64,000 nucleotides of DNA from Botryllus schlosseri. Its lineage: Eukaryota. This document shows positions 37,039-51,788 of this stretch, one piece after another. The stretch lies in assembly GCA_051294905.1 (NCBI GenBank), contig CM119373.1:4900001-4964000 (forward strand), read 5' to 3'. Positions within the stretch are counted from its first letter, which is position 1, and every line of letters begins with the position of its first letter. Both the position numbers and the translations under genes were made by a program. The notes below the pieces were generated by a model that saw nothing but the letters and a program-made list of their open reading frames with translations, did not search any database and was not told where the DNA came from.

Positions 37039-39589
37039 ACATAACATATCAAATTGTATTTCGTTCGTATTTCTATGTATGTCGTCAACACAATGGCACG
37101 ACCATCGACCCTAGTGCCGATATCCCACGTGATTCTTGAATAGCTATTGCAACAAGTCCAGTAGTGTGCTTATTTTCGAACGACTGACAATGGCCGTCAT
37201 CTTTCATGTCATCATCAGCCATCGACTAGCTACATCGGTGGATGTCTGTAACGAGACGTCTCCATAACCAAAGGATTTTTATATAGCCTACTTTGACAGT
37301 CAAGATATGCAATATACCCTAAGGTGCGTGTAACATGTCTGATGCGCATTTTTGCTGCCTTCTCTGCTGCCTCAAGATTACCGGACCACGACTGACCTAT
37401 CGATCTCGCTTCCCATGACATGCCGCCCTATTTCTTGTCGCATTCTTCTTCTATACTATCTTCTTTACTTTCATTCAGTGTGCATGCCTCCTCTTTACAT
37501 CGCCTAGGCCAAGGTGGGTGTCAGATTCCATAGACTACTCCTTGTCGCTTCGACATCTTCCTGTCTTTTCATTGTATCGCATTTTTGTGGTGTATTGAAC
37601 TGATAAAATTGCTAATAAACCAATGATGATGATGATTCTCATTTTACATTGTCAACCATGACTTATATCATATTGTGTCGCATATTTATAGATGAGCAAT
37701 CAACCGCCGAACTCTCGTATAGTATTTGTATTTGCGCTAGACCAGCGGTTCTTAACCGGGGTCCGCGAAGCCTCTAGATTTGTAAAATGATTGATAACCT
37801 AATTTGTCATTTCTGATACTAGAGAAAGCATGCGACATCTTCGCTTCGTAACTGCTACTTTCCAATATAACATACCTACATAAGTGGTAGTCTCGTGATC
37901 GGGAACGATAATGGGGGCCGTATCGTTCTTGTCGTCGACCGGCAACTTAAGCATAATCTTAATTCCGCTGTGAAGATCGGTCTGCGTGTTACATATACAT
38001 GATAACATATACATGATAATAGATTACACAAATACGCGCGAAACTATCGATCAACGTACGGAAGAATACTCTAGCTAGGCTTTCTGTGGTTATTGTCCGG
38101 TTCGGAGTTGAGCTGGCTAATGGGAAGGGCGTGGTCTCATTATCTGGTACCTATTCCATACAAATGATATAATTTAATGATAGAATATGATGAGAGAAAA
38201 TAGTGTCAACATAGCATTCAGTCGATAGCTTTATGTAGTTGTAATGATTGTAAGTAATAAACTAAAGTTTCGCGATCCGTGATCTGCGGCCGGAACCGGT
38301 TCACACAGTGATGTAGGGAAACCGACTGTGGAAATCGAATCCGCACTATGTTCCTCCTTTGAGTCAGCTTCTGGTGCAGTTCGTCGATGCCGATTACGAT
38401 CGGCTGGGATCAACGGAGCAGTCTGCGCATCGGAAACGTAATAACCCTGTACATGATAACTTGTATTTTACGCTACTCAGCGACAATATTTCACTCATAA
38501 TGGTATGGGTAGCGTTACCTATTTGCTGTCAATGGGGAAACCGACCGTGGACGCTGAATCTGTGATATCGTCGTAATCCGAGTCAACAATGAGTGGCGCT
38601 ACATTCTCGCAGGGTGGCATTTCATAGGTACCTTCTCTAGGTCCACGTCACACTGTACGATCTGCGGATAACGACAATACAGCGTTAAAGTTGGACATCA
38701 TGTTATGGATTTATATTATGCTTATACCTGACTGGTATTTGCTGCGTCGTGCTGAACAGGTGTAGGTCGCGGTACACGATCCGACCCAATAGGCGTGCGT
38801 TCGTTTGAAATGTTCATGTTCGTACGACGGCCTGCTTTACCAAGATTTCTTATCAATAAAGCAACACGACATGCGTAATTAGTAGACATTGTCGCGTTGG
38901 TGATAACCTGGTGGCGTACGAACAATATCGTAGGCGAGCGAAGACACATTCGGCAAAAACCTATATCGAATTTAGTCATATTGCTGGATGTAACCTCAGG
39001 AACCGAAGCATTGCGAGACGTCATCGCAGTCGGGTATGTCCACTGGGTGTCCGGTACATCTGAAACCTGTCGAATATAACATAGTTGTTTCCGCGTCTAC
39101 GAGTCGTGTTGAGTGTTACGGTTACAACTGATAGATATGTGCCGGTATTATTGATTACACGAAGTCATATCATACCATATAGTAATTCACCATAGTCCAT
39201 ATATCAATAAATATAACATATTCATAATGTGATGGCATATACACAGGAGCCGAAGCGTTAATGGTCAAGGCAGGACGTAAATATAATAAAATACACAGGT
39301 ATTGAAGGTGGTATTACCTGGTGGCCAATAGAGGTGTTGTTGGTTTTACGTATTTTCTCATATGAACAAGGTCTCTCTCCATCGCTCCTCGAATCAATGA
39401 TACGTACAGGTCGTCGGACGCGAACATTTGTAGTCGGACCGATGTCAGGTCTTGTTACACGGGAACACTGTATAATATAATTTTCAAACTTATAACATCC
39501 GTGGCTATGACGAACATTACCAGAACACACGAACACTTACTAAATTAGTTCTATAACTGTAATTAGAAATTATAACACGCGCTCGTGCT

Positions 39590-39940
39590 TGACAGACAGA
39601 CAGATTCTTTATTCGTACGATGGTTCTTCACACAAATATGTAAAAAAGACGAACACAGCGATATGACCACATCAAGATGTGTAGTCTTCAAGTCAGCTGT
39701 AGTCAAGGCGTAACGTTAGAACATTTATATCATGCAACTGTCGGTCAGTAACACTTCAACAAAAGATTAAACAACAAAACGCAAACGCAAAACAGTGGTA
39801 GTAGAAAGAAAAACTATAACACTAATTCAAAATAAATACCAGATTATACTCTCAGGTCTCAATATGTAGAAATGAGTTGAGACTTAAAATTCCGACAGAA
39901 TGATGCAAATGACAAACCTCTGTGCTCTATTGATAAGGAT
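39590..39940 (-). mobile_element. LINE 3' end (L2-like) with (CTGT)n tail
   Basis: GACAGACAGACAG...TTTATT tail. It interrupts sequence that is contiguous in the paralogous block at 41548-41600. Confidence 0.5.
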
Positions 39941-40038
39941 GTGCCTAATACGCACCAGTTGTGTAAACCACGTATATTCGCATTATTTGATTTCCAACCC
40001 ATTGTGCGGATTAATATCTCGCGTATTAGTGTTATGAT

Positions 40039-41140
40039 TAGAGCCCGACCGATTATCGGCTCGCCGATAATATCGAGTCGATATCACGCTTGGAGAGAAA
40101 TATCGGTATCGGCCATTGAAGGTAAAAAAATATCGGCCATTTTCGTGACGTCACAACATGGTGGCAGGGAGTCAGAGAAGTCGATAGAAGACGTGAGGAC
40201 GGTAAATTATAAAAATAAATGGCCAAGCTGCATATAGTGCATACTGCATACAGGGCAGTAGGCGTGCCTATCTGAAAAATATTATAGATAACTAACCACC
40301 GTTATGCAGTAATCGATCACCAACGACAGAGAGCAGCTGGATGGATAGTTGTCTGCAGAAGATTTCAATCAGGAAGAGAAATGAGAACTTCAATCATGCT
40401 GGACTGACCCTCGTAATGACAGAGAAAAGCGTCGCGTCGAAACATATCTCGGTTCGGTACCAACAGAGCTAATTATTCCAGTAATGTATGAAGTCGTCTG
40501 ACTGAGGCCTGCGGGGCCACCATGATAGGAAATATGCAAGCATGAGGGCAAGAAAATCAAGCAAACGTGGAGTAAAGCCAATAATTGATACCAAAATTTT
40601 TGATGCCATGATGACATTGGCCAATTCTGACACAAGAGCGTAAAATGTTGATTGTTGAAATGCTGGTCATGGTCAAGGCCCAAGGGGCCGGATGGAGCAG
40701 TTGCAGACTTGGACAATTTGAGTTGTTTTGCACATTCTCTTCAGCTATTTGTTAATGATTTGCTGAAGGCTCCAGGTGCATTGCCAGAAGAATATCAATA
40801 TTAATATCAATATATGGTGAAACCATTGAAGGAAAGATCCCCTGCATGGGGGCGGTGGAACCGTAAGGAAGAAAGATATCCAATTCTTGCTGTGCCACTA
40901 ACTATGGTACCAAGTGAAAGACTGCTCAATGCTCAATGCTCAATGCTCATTTATTTCATGTTCAAGCATATCAATGGCTGTAAAGTTGTTGAAAGAAATA
41001 CTCTGATGTGTTAAATATGGACCTTGAGGTAGATTCCATATCTTTTGATTATCGGCTGAATATATCGGTGTTATCGGTGGAGGTACTGGATATCGGTCTT
41101 ATCGGTATCGGCTCAGAAATCCAATATCGGTCGGGCTCTA
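40039..41140 (+). mobile_element. Internally deleted hAT-Ac element
   Basis: TIR TAGAGCCCGACCGAT, TSD GTTATGAT, ATCGG repeats. Transposase remnants CFAHSLQL and RYPILA..VPSERL. Confidence 0.93.
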
Positions 41141-44100
41141 GTTATGATAATAATCCAACGATTTGTGCCTGCATCAATATGAAACATTACGCAACCATAG
41201 ACATCGATTCGAGTAATGCAATTGATACTCGCGTCCGATACCGGTACGGTACGAAACGTGCTCGTAGTCGGATGCGGCAACCGTGCTGCAGTTGCATTTA
41301 AAACATGTGAAACGTAACATACTTGAGTTCGCGTAGCTACGCTTGTTCGGTAATGATGTTGCAACTTATAAAGATGTCACGGGATCGTCTGTCGCGAACA
41401 TTTGTATACGTACCGATGTTAGTTGGTTTGACGCATGAACCCTGTGTAAAGGATAAGGAAAAGTATCAAATACGTTTCTATGACAATCAGTCATATATGC
41501 ACAGACGAAAACACGAATAAACCGTTCACCGAATAGTAATTATATTATATAGCGCGCGGTCGTGACTGTGTGTACCTTATACGCACCGAGTCCTTAAACA
41601 TTTACATTCGCATGATATTCCCGACTCGTTGTGCGCATGAACTGTCACCCTACTAGTTAACTGACTATATACCAATTATTTATAATCACATCACTAGAAC
41701 TGACCTGACCGGTGGATGACGGGTGAATATTTGATGGCACATGTGTTGGTCTGACGTCGGTTAACCATCCGTCGCTCATAACTCGCGAGGTCTCTTCATC
41801 CATCATGTTGGGGAGGCAGGCATGGTAATCGGAAACCGTGCGAAAATGGTCTGCGCATAAGTCTTGTTCTCGACCCGCACTGCCAACGAGGACGACGTCG
41901 GCTAGAGTCTGTCTAGTATTAACTCGCACGTTGCGCTAGAAATCGGCCTCCTACTGCAACGCGGGACAAACTCTGGTTCTGGCCAACCATGACGCATGGA
42001 ACATTTGCTTAACGGTCGACATCATGCCGGAATGGCCCCCAAAAGATAGACCTGCGTCATCGCTTTTCAACACGCGAGAGTGAGTCCACATGCAAGTGAC
42101 TCACATCTGAGGCGTCGTGTGGAACTAGACTAGTGATACGGGGCGGGAATAAAATATCGCATAACAAGGTTATTCCCGCTCCCGGCGTCCCCTTGAAAAT
42201 GATAGGTGGCGCGAAAGTTACGCCGTTTCCGCGAGTCTCTATAACCGCACACAAGAGACGCGCCCTAGTGTGCGCCCTAGTAGGATTTTGTCCAGTATAC
42301 GTAGCGCTCACAACCCGATGACTTATATTATCGTTTACCATTTGGACGCCTTCGTCCACCGTTGTAGTGGCCGCGGGAAAGCGCTTGCGCCAAGCCAACA
42401 GAGCGCGACGGTGACGAACGCCAACAGTCTGCAGCCACTGATGGAAATTCCTACTCACGAGACTGGGTGAGACCGTGTAGCCCATCTTGTCCGATAGACA
42501 TTTTATTGTAACTTCGAAGTAAAGTCACCACATTATTAGTATTTCGCCTATCAGTCCTGATACCTGGAAGATAGCGCCAGAAATTGTTAAGACTTAGAAA
42601 AGTTAGTATCTTATAAAAGCGAGCCATTCTATATCACTCAAGCAGAGTTGGAAAAAATTGGGTTGAACGAGAAAATGAACAGTGAACATTACGACTCGGG
42701 ATCGAGTCAATACACTCGGACTCAGTGTTTAAATTATAACCACTCGAGTACGTAGTGCAAGTATGCAAATCGTACTTGAGTACTCCAAAAAGTGATAGTA
42801 CTTGGTCACTGATCAGTGATCACCTCTGTGTATTACAATTAGGTTTTGTAATGGCAGTCTTCATTATTTCCATTAATGTGTCAGCACGCTACATATGATA
42901 TACGGGCAAACTAGGCCTGACCTCAGTTATGCTTCAAAATCTGGGCTAGTGCTCTCAGACGACCCAGCACGTTGAATTGTAATGTAGAAAAAGTGGATGT
43001 AGCAAATATCAAAATTTTCATTGCTGGTAGGCCCGTTTTCCATGACGATAAGCCCTAGCCCTTGGTATGAGCATTGTTTGCAACACCTTGAATCTTTTTA
43101 TATTCTCGTCTAAAGCATGACCGCTATATTGTGAAGGAAAGCGCTGTAGCCTGCATGCCTTGTTTTCATTGAGGGAAAGCAAAGGCGCTTATCCAAGTGG
43201 CGAACGAATTCCGTGTTTCAGAAGGGATCTATCATCATTGAATACAAATATATAAAGCTTAAAGGGGCACTGCACTCAAAAAATGATGTGGTCTCAAATT
43301 GATGGGCAAAACGGAATAAATTTTTTGGCCGCAGCCATTTTCTTCAGAACGCCACCGTAATGGAGCTGCAATTTATTGAAATTTCCAGAAACACATCCGG
43401 CTGCAGCTGTCGCGGCTCCGGGTCATTTCTTAACCCGTTACATGGCACGATGACTTCATGGTCGCACTTGCTCGACGCGATTAGGCAGTCACGCAGAGGA
43501 CGAGCTTAAGATAGTTGTGAAATTTTATGAAGAGCATGCGATGCGTCATTCCCTTTGACTTCACACTATGTAACGGCACAACTTCTCGATGTCATTGCAG
43601 CTTGCAATAATGTCAATGTATAGTCTCAATACTATTATGGAGACTCTGGGTAGAGCAAGACAATACCGTAGACCAGTGCTTTTCAACCTTTGTGAGCTCC
43701 ATTCACACTTTTTTTGAAAAACAATTTAATTCGCACCAGTCAGCTCGAATTTATTACACAAAAAGAAAAGCTTATCACTTTTGTATTTGTGGAGCTTCCT
43801 GTAGGTACAGAGCTTAATTATTCCACATTCAGCGTATCGTATTGTTGATTAATCAAATACTAAAATTACTGCAGTAGAAAAATCACAGATATCGCACTTC
43901 CGCTGTTCTCAAGGTGTTCGTTGCCTTTTCTGGGGGTATCGTGCAGTGATTTCTTTCGAAGCTCAAAGGGCGAACCCACGAACAATAGGGTTGTTCAGAT
44001 TTGGGCATTTTTCGGAAACTTGTTTAGCGGAGTTCCAAATGATAGTTTAGTACATAAAACACTTCGGTACAAGTATACTAAGAACCCTACTCTACACGGA

Positions 44101-45165
44101 GAACACTGTTTGAAATTCGAGAGAATGGTTGTAAAAGAAGTGCATTATGACGAAGCATATAATTTATTGAAGTTTATTTGAACTTATATGGAACAGATGA
44201 ATTTAACCCCACCAAAAATTGACGTGTAAGCGTAAAGAAAATGGTGGAAATGTAGTGTAGAGTAATCTGAACTTGAGGGTATTAATGTAGTGTACGTGTA
44301 ACAAGGATAATTGCTAGAAACAACCATAAATTGACAGAAGAATAATTCGTCGGCCATTTTGAATGAGCCGAAATATGAACTCGACGCCGCGGCTATAATC
44401 AGCGAACTGCGGCAACATTTTTAAATCTGGCCGGATAGAGTGAATAGGCTATCCGTTAAAGCTTGTTGACGTGCGATGCAAATTCAGGAAATTATAAGGA
44501 GTCAAATTTCATAATCGATGCCATATGGTAACTAGAATGAGATGCGAAAAACTATCGTTGCAGCAAAGTTAATATGAGGCGTGCAGCCGACTGTTAATTT
44601 ACTAAAGAAATGTGACCTGTAGTTGTATTTTTGGACCCTTTTAAACTCCGCGCATTTGTGACTATTTGGTGAAAGAAAACATAAAGTTAACTCGACGTTG
44701 AATTCCCAGCCGGCCAAGATTCGCTGCTAAGCCGATTACAGTTCAGGCGTTGAGTTACACGATAATTATAATACGAATGTATCAAATAGCCTCGACCTAT
44801 GAGAGCTACGCGTAGCCTTGGAGATACGTTGCGAATGCAAGGAATTCATGACCTTTTGAATTGCTGCTGAAAGTATTCCAATAAATTCATGGCAAGAAAA
44901 CCAACAATGGTACGTGATCCTAAATTTGAACCCAATTTGGATTGTTATTTACGCCGGTGATCAGTGCAGTATGTTGGCAATCGTTGGCATATGATGTCGC
45001 TTGTATTTGACACAACGCGCAAGAATAGCCTACATGTATTCTGATTTCGCCCGTACAAAGAAGATACAATAATCGCCAAAATATTCGTGCGGTACTCTCT
45101 ATGCTACGTGCGTACGTGAGCGAAAGCGTAATCGCTAGATTGGGTGTTCTGAAACTTGAGTTGCA

Positions 45166-46396
45166 CAGTGTTGCCAACTCCGGGTGGAAGAAAATCGCTA
45201 AAACTGGTGTCAAAAATCGCTAGATGGCGCTAAATCTTGAGAAAAAAGCGCTAAAAAATAGCGCTAAATCTGCATTAATTGCTAAAGGTGTTAAATTGAA
45301 CCATTATATCAATACACTCTTCTCAGCTATATTTTACTCGTCTGGGGACAAAGTCACTTATCATATTTCTAGCTCATAATACGTAATAGTCATATCTAAG
45401 CGGAAAAAAATGGCAGTGCATTTCGATAAAGCAGATCGCTTTGCGCAACGATCGCTATACATGAACAGTGAACACTGACCAGGTTTGCAGGCATACCCGC
45501 TCACTATATCAGCGTGCCTTACTCGATGCGTCCGTGAATACGTGATGCGATGTACCGTGGTTATGCGCTTGACTTCTTCTCGAAACTGTGTTGGAGTTGG
45601 CCTACTTGAACACGACATGCGACTTGACACACGTGTACACGACATGCGACTTGACCCGACACAACACGACATTGAAACGGGTTTGTTTGCCACTATAAGT
45701 AGAGACCTTAAGAAAATAATCCGAGGACCAACCCGGGGTATGAAATGTAATTAATCTGGTCTTAAACGAATGACCAGACAATTGAGCGACCTCAAAACAG
45801 CCCCAAAAGTCTGGAAATCGATCGGCATTGATAAGAACAATCGCTGGACGAAATTGGTCATTGTTATGTTCATTGTGTTGCGGCGGTGCCATTGTTGGAT
45901 AAATAATGCGGGTTTTCAGACTGTGAAGGCTGTGTCGGGGTGCATGGTTCCATTGTCCGGACGAGATTTTATTTTGTATTTTCGAAAACACTGCGACACT
46001 ATCTTGATCATGGCCAATTATATTAAATTTCAGCGTTCAGGTCGCCAGATGTAGCACTGCGAACTATGCTACTTTAAGATTTCTCAGCAAGAAGAGACAC
46101 TGTTTGCCCATGCGTAACCGCCATGAGTTGCGTATCTACTACTACCTGTCGGTAGGTAGTAATCTTTAATTATACATCATCGGAGTCCGCACTCTGGTGA
46201 CCGGTATAGCCAATGCAGTCGTCAGCCATAACCGATCATTAGTGGTTATTTTCGGTAAAAAAGCGCTAAATAATCGCTAAATACTTTTTCAAAAATCGCT
46301 AGATTTATCGCTAGGCGCTAGATCCATATTTTTTGGCGCTAAACCGGATGAAAAATCGCTAGATCTGGCGCGAAAATCGCTAAATTGGCAACACTG
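45166..46396. mobile_element. Non-autonomous hAT element
   Basis: TIR CAGTGTTGCCAA, TSD GAGTTGCA, AAAATCGCTA subterminal repeats. Confidence 0.93.
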
Positions 46397-48656
46397 GAGT
46401 TGCACACCACATGCGAAGTAATCTGACCTTAGCATTGCGACATTGTATCTGACGTGAATCTTGCGCGCCGTTAGTGGTACGTGCGGATAATCTCAAATGC
46501 CATGATTTACGAACAGCGCTCAGCCTAGTTATACCCTGAGAATAGCGTAAGGAAAGGCCAAGTTGTCAATAAAAGATCCATGAACTTGCTATGCCTCAAT
46601 ACAACGTAAAAAGAACAATTGTTAAGACCTAAATAGGGTACCTACTTTGCAACCAAAAAGTAAAGTATTTCCCTGAGCGGGGAAAAGGTGATTGCAGCGA
46701 GCGAGGTAGGCTACTGCAAGGTATTGTGTTGACGCAAAATCAAAAATGGCGACCGATGTTTCTATCCAAATAAGGAGCCGAGGCCGAATCGTGACACTTA
46801 GTCATTTCTGCTCGTGCACGAAGTCGTTATAATGGGTCATTTATAATGATGAGGGAGATTAACTCGCACACGAAGCTGTGCCATTTGGTAGCTGATAGAG
46901 CCGAAAACAATTAGTTAATGGCCGCGGATGGAGCACGAACTGTGATTCAATAAAAAGATTAAAAAGAAAATAACTCATCACGAACTGGGCCCGAAACTTA
47001 TAGCCAGCTCTTGGCAGGGAAGTCTTTGTTTGTTTTTGAAACAGAAATGCATATAAGCAGCCTCGAATCACCATCTATCCAGTCCGATTTTGGACTCCAA
47101 CGCGACACAGATGAGTTGAAGCTTAGGAGCATCGCAGCTACGCGCGAAAACGAAGTGGGCATTCTCGCACCGAGGTTACGTCAAAGATCAGAAGCGCCGG
47201 GTTGAGTACTTTAGAAATATTTCGTGTCGAATGTAGCAGTGCTAACGCAGTTGCAGTCATAGAGGGTTGGAGCCTTGATCGGCTGTCTACGCGTTTGAAG
47301 TAGTGCGCATTGAGTCGCCTTGTTCTTGCACCACACCAAGTATGCTCCCGATTGTAAAATTTCGGCCTGTGCCTCCTTTGGTTACCATTTCGATTGCCCT
47401 TAATCGTGCTGGTCCTTTCAGTTTGAATCTGAGCCCCTGGGCTCGCAGATGCGAGCGGCCCGTGGTAAAGGATACGGGCACAGCTTGCGGGCCATATCTA
47501 CCCAAGGTTCACTCTGAGGTTGCTGTAGAAATCCCGGCAAGTTTCGCCATATCAAGATTTTAAACCTACAAATTACGGCCAGCATAAAAGCGAACTGGTT
47601 GGGATATATGGAGTGGTGAGTTTTTTTCCCATATCGAACGCAAGATACTATCATAAGAAATTTGGATTTTTCCGAAGATTGTAAGATTCTTGTTTGTGGA
47701 AACCCGTCGAAGGGGACCCATTTGAGATTAATATATTTAATATCCCTATTATTAATGCCGCGGCTGCGGCTCCTCCAAGGCTTGGTAGAAGGGCCTCGCG
47801 AGCATGTCCGAATTGGGGCCTCTGGAAAGAACAGGAAGGCGTGAAATGATAAAATAATTAATTGCTCAAGGTAGGCTGCCGTTTGGCAAGTGTGGGAATG
47901 TGTCTGATTTAGTGCATGCTAATTATTGCTTTTCAATAACCTTTTTAGACGATTACAGTCAACAGGTACCCGCGGGATCAGCAATGTACGAATATTACTA
48001 TGTAGGCCTATCCTGGAAGACTAGGCTGGGAAATGCGCGGGGTCCCGCTTGGAGGTGTTGCGTTAACTACGGCGATTTACGAGCGCTGCCGAGCAGACCT
48101 TACACTAAGTAAGGAATATGAACCTGCCACCCGGTGGGTTCGTATAGCTTCAAATCGGGAAGTAAGTCAGGTTGAGTAAAATACTTACGGCACGTTTTTG
48201 GTAGCTGGCAACCTCCAGACGGGCGATTAGTCCCTGGAGCAAAGCCTTCATTGCGAGCTTGAGGACAAATTCAAGAGGCACGATGGGCTGGGCCCTTATT
48301 GTCTCGGGTTCAAGATGGGCTTTGTTCCAAAGCGTAGTTAGTTAGCGAATAAGTTAGGTAGGGGTAGAGCCAAATTAGACGATTGCTTTTATGGTAATTC
48401 GTGGGCCCAGGAACAGTAACTCGCCTCGGTAGCGGGAAGCCTTACGCCTACCGCAAATAGGTGCAGTAGGATCCACAGAGCTGGCATTGCATAGCCGCTC
48501 GCAGGACCATTGTACATACCGAGCGAGTTCTAGGCTACGGCCTGAGGAAAGTTTGTAGAGCGGAGATAGTATAGATAGGCGAAATCAAGGAATGTAACGC
48601 CCCAAGTTCGATACGAACCCTAAAATCCACAAGGATGGAATAGCAACCTAGTAACA

Positions 48657-50470
48657 CAGGGCCGGCCAATCCGTGGCCCGCGATAGGGTTTTGAGTGACC
48701 CGTGAGGTAATTTGCGAAATCAGTAATGACTACACAGATTGTAAACTTACTAGGCCAACTGAAATTGACTAGTCTGGCTGCAACTGTTGATATGTAATGA
48801 TTGAGGTATCAGTTAGCCGATCATATTTTGGTAGATCTCCGTACACTAAAGTAGAATAATTTGCGATAGGTTTATCAAAAGTAAAAATTTACTACACGCT
48901 TTGCGCAACATGTTGTCGCTCGATTTTTTGCTTTTAATAAGGTTACCTCTTTGTAAAAATGAAAGAACGCCTAATGTATCGAATTGAGCCGAACTGCATT
49001 TGCGATTACGAGATAGAGTGTTCCCCGCCGTTTGCGCTCACAAAAGGGCCGTCGGCTATAACCTAGGCCTGGTCGAAGCTTTCGATAATAATATGTCAAG
49101 GCGCCGAATAGTCCATCCCTTTCAAACTGGCCCGCGACATAGTAATTAGTTATCACTAGAATGCGGCCCGCCGTTTCATAATGAGATTCAATCTGCAATG
49201 CAGCACTGCATAAAAAAATGCGGCATTGCTACGGTATAATAGTAACCTACATCGTCAGAATCAATTACGTTATGCCTAGACGAGTGTATGAACTGAGGAT
49301 TGAAAGGGCAACTTCCCTCGAAAACACAAATATCGCCGACGCATAATCTTGTAATCGAAGATGGGTATCTCACTTTGCTTTCCTGGTACATTTAACGTCA
49401 CATCTGAACAAATTTAATTTGCAACTCCAGGGGGAAAACAACTAGGCGCGTGGGAGGCTGAGAGAAAATTATGTTCACTTTCCTATACTGGAGGAGAGAA
49501 AATCTAGTACTAATCACTACACTTGTACGGTGATGCGAAATTTAACTACTGAGTATTCACCCGCGTTTACGACATTCCTTCTCTACAAAATGTATTCTGA
49601 CTATTCAGTGCTCTGTTTAATGCGGACGCCAATACCATTGCCAGAAAATTTCAAATAGGCCTTTCTGAAAGGCGATGCAGTTGAATTGAATGACAAAATT
49701 TATACAAAGAGCATATCGCTGCATGATTTTGACAAAGAGTACGTTCTCGAAATTGGTCTTTATCCCAGCTTAACCAACAATGCAAAAGAAATTGTATCAA
49801 ATTTTGGAAGCACGTACGCATATGAACAATAGTTGCGAACAATGGAATTCACGAAGAGCAAGCTAAGATCACGTATTTCTGACGTCCATTTTGAATAGGG
49901 TCTGATTCTAGTTTCATCTGACTTGTTGCCAGAAGTTGAAAACCTTTCACAGAGCAAGCTGCGTCAATTGTCACAATGATTCTGTGTTATAGAAGTGTAA
50001 ATACATGTGTCTTCTGATTCGTATGATCGAGATTGCAGCAATACAGGCGAACATACCGAAGTGAGCGTAAAATATAGTACTAAGGAAAATTCCGACCCGC
50101 TAAGTTGTACACCTGAATTTTGGCCCACGGCTAGCAAAAGGTTGCCGACCCCTGCTGTAAGGGTCATTTGACTTGATTCGAGGCATTGCGACTATGCGCT
50201 TTTAGACCAAAATTTGTTGAGCCCACCATCAAAATTTGTGCTGGACGAGGGAGGCAAAAAAAGGGTTGACCTGCAATGGCCTGCATTGAGGATGTAATTT
50301 TCGGATCTTTATTTGGAAAAATAATACGACTTGTAATATGGGCCAAGTTTTCGTCCCGCTAGTTCACAATTGACTAACCTGAAAATATTTGCACACCCCT
50401 GATTGAGCTAGGTCAGGGCCAGCCAACCCGCGGGAAGGTTTTGAATGGCCCGCGACGTAATTTCTTAAAT
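48657..50470. mobile_element. Cluster of Charlie-like hAT ends (CAGGGCC.GCCAA, GGCCCGCG, ...CCCCTG)
   Basis: Ends at 48657, 50154, about 50401 and about 50414. No matching TSD pair found. Confidence 0.5.
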
Positions 50471-50657
50471 TAGGTATTGTGGTCAAAAACGGATCCCACA
50501 GAATGTGATGGTTATAGCTATTCTGGAACACAGTACAACTGTATAAAAAGTGCTAGTCGTTTTGAATTCAAATAAAGGGAACGCTGAGAGACAGAGTGGG
50601 TCCGAATTATATGACAATTGCTAAAGAAAAGAAAAACTGACTTATGGATGATATCAG

Positions 50658-51788
50658 CAGAGGTGGCCAAAGTAGTCAAGAAAGCTACTCAAGTAGAAGT
50701 AGGAGTAGCGACGGAAAAATCTACTCAAGTACAAGTAGAAGTACTTCTTCAATAAGCCACCTAAAACTACTTGAAGTAGAAGTAGAATTAACTGACTTTA
50801 TATCTACTCAAGTAAGTAAGTAGTTTTGAAAACAGTCTTAATTCGTTCGCATGGACTGTCAAAAGCTGCGAATTGAGCTATGCGGCCCGTGCAGGGAGCT
50901 TGATTCGTATTGATGCATCCCAGGAGGTATCAACTTTCGACATAATAACTATTGTTTCGCATCATGGGATGCAAATTATAGTACTGATATGAAAATGCGA
51001 TACTTATCTTTTGTTTACTGGAACACCCCGTTTTTAGAGAATATCATGTGATGACGCCCTACCCCATATTATAAGGCCACAAGTTTAGGCGAAGAGCAAT
51101 ACGTAGAAAATGTATCGGATACGGTTACATCACTTTGCGTGATTATGATACGTTAATTAAAATGAAATACAAATACCACTTCTAAAAAGCGGAGAATATA
51201 TTTCCTGTATTTTGTCTACAAAGCTTAAAAGGTCATCTGCTAAAACAGGTGTAACGTTCAAAAAAGCTGGATTTTCCAGATTATCAAGACACGTAAGGGG
51301 CTACTAGATTACAATATGATAGGCAATTGCTAGATTGTGAAACGGTAGTTTCAAACGTTGTGGTGGGCCATATTTACTGTGATGAAATATTTGATAAGGA
51401 CGACAATGCGGTGTGAGAGGAACCAAGCAATCCGGTACTTAAATTACATTCACTGATACTTTCATGAAGACATATTTGTCACTCCATTACTACTATGCGC
51501 GAAGCGCAATAAAATTCCTGGGGTTTACTTGACTCTTATGAATATTAAATGTTGGTACTCCATGAAAACAGCCGCGGAATTCCTCAAGTTATCGTTCGTA
51601 TTGGGGAATTAGACTACTTCTACTTGACAAACTGAAAATAGCGAAAAGTAAGTAAGTAGATCACAAAATATTACGAAGTAGAAGTAGAAGTAGAGAAAAT
51701 CAGATCTACTTGAATAAGTACCAGAAGTAGAGGAAAACTACTTGAGTACTTCCAAAAAGTAGAAGTACTTCGTGACTGACCACCTCTG
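50658..51788. mobile_element. hAT MITE (copy 2 of the 17095-18371 family, opposite orientation)
   Basis: TIR CAGAGGTGG(C/T)CA, TSD GATATCAG. Confidence 0.93.

Larger units (their letters stand above)
37800..42485 (-). pseudogene. Decayed multi-exon gene with internally repeated modules; product unknown
   Basis: Short GT..CAG introns on the minus strand. Repeated peptides APLI...DS(A/I)STVGFP (twice) and SCVKPTNIGTYTNVRDRR / SRVTRPDIGPTTNVRVRR. Many stops. Confidence 0.35.

Noticed and set aside
41960..42080. Integrase zinc-finger-like GHSGMMSTVK on the minus strand
   Set aside because: No downstream CxxC or DDE core, so the similarity is too thin.
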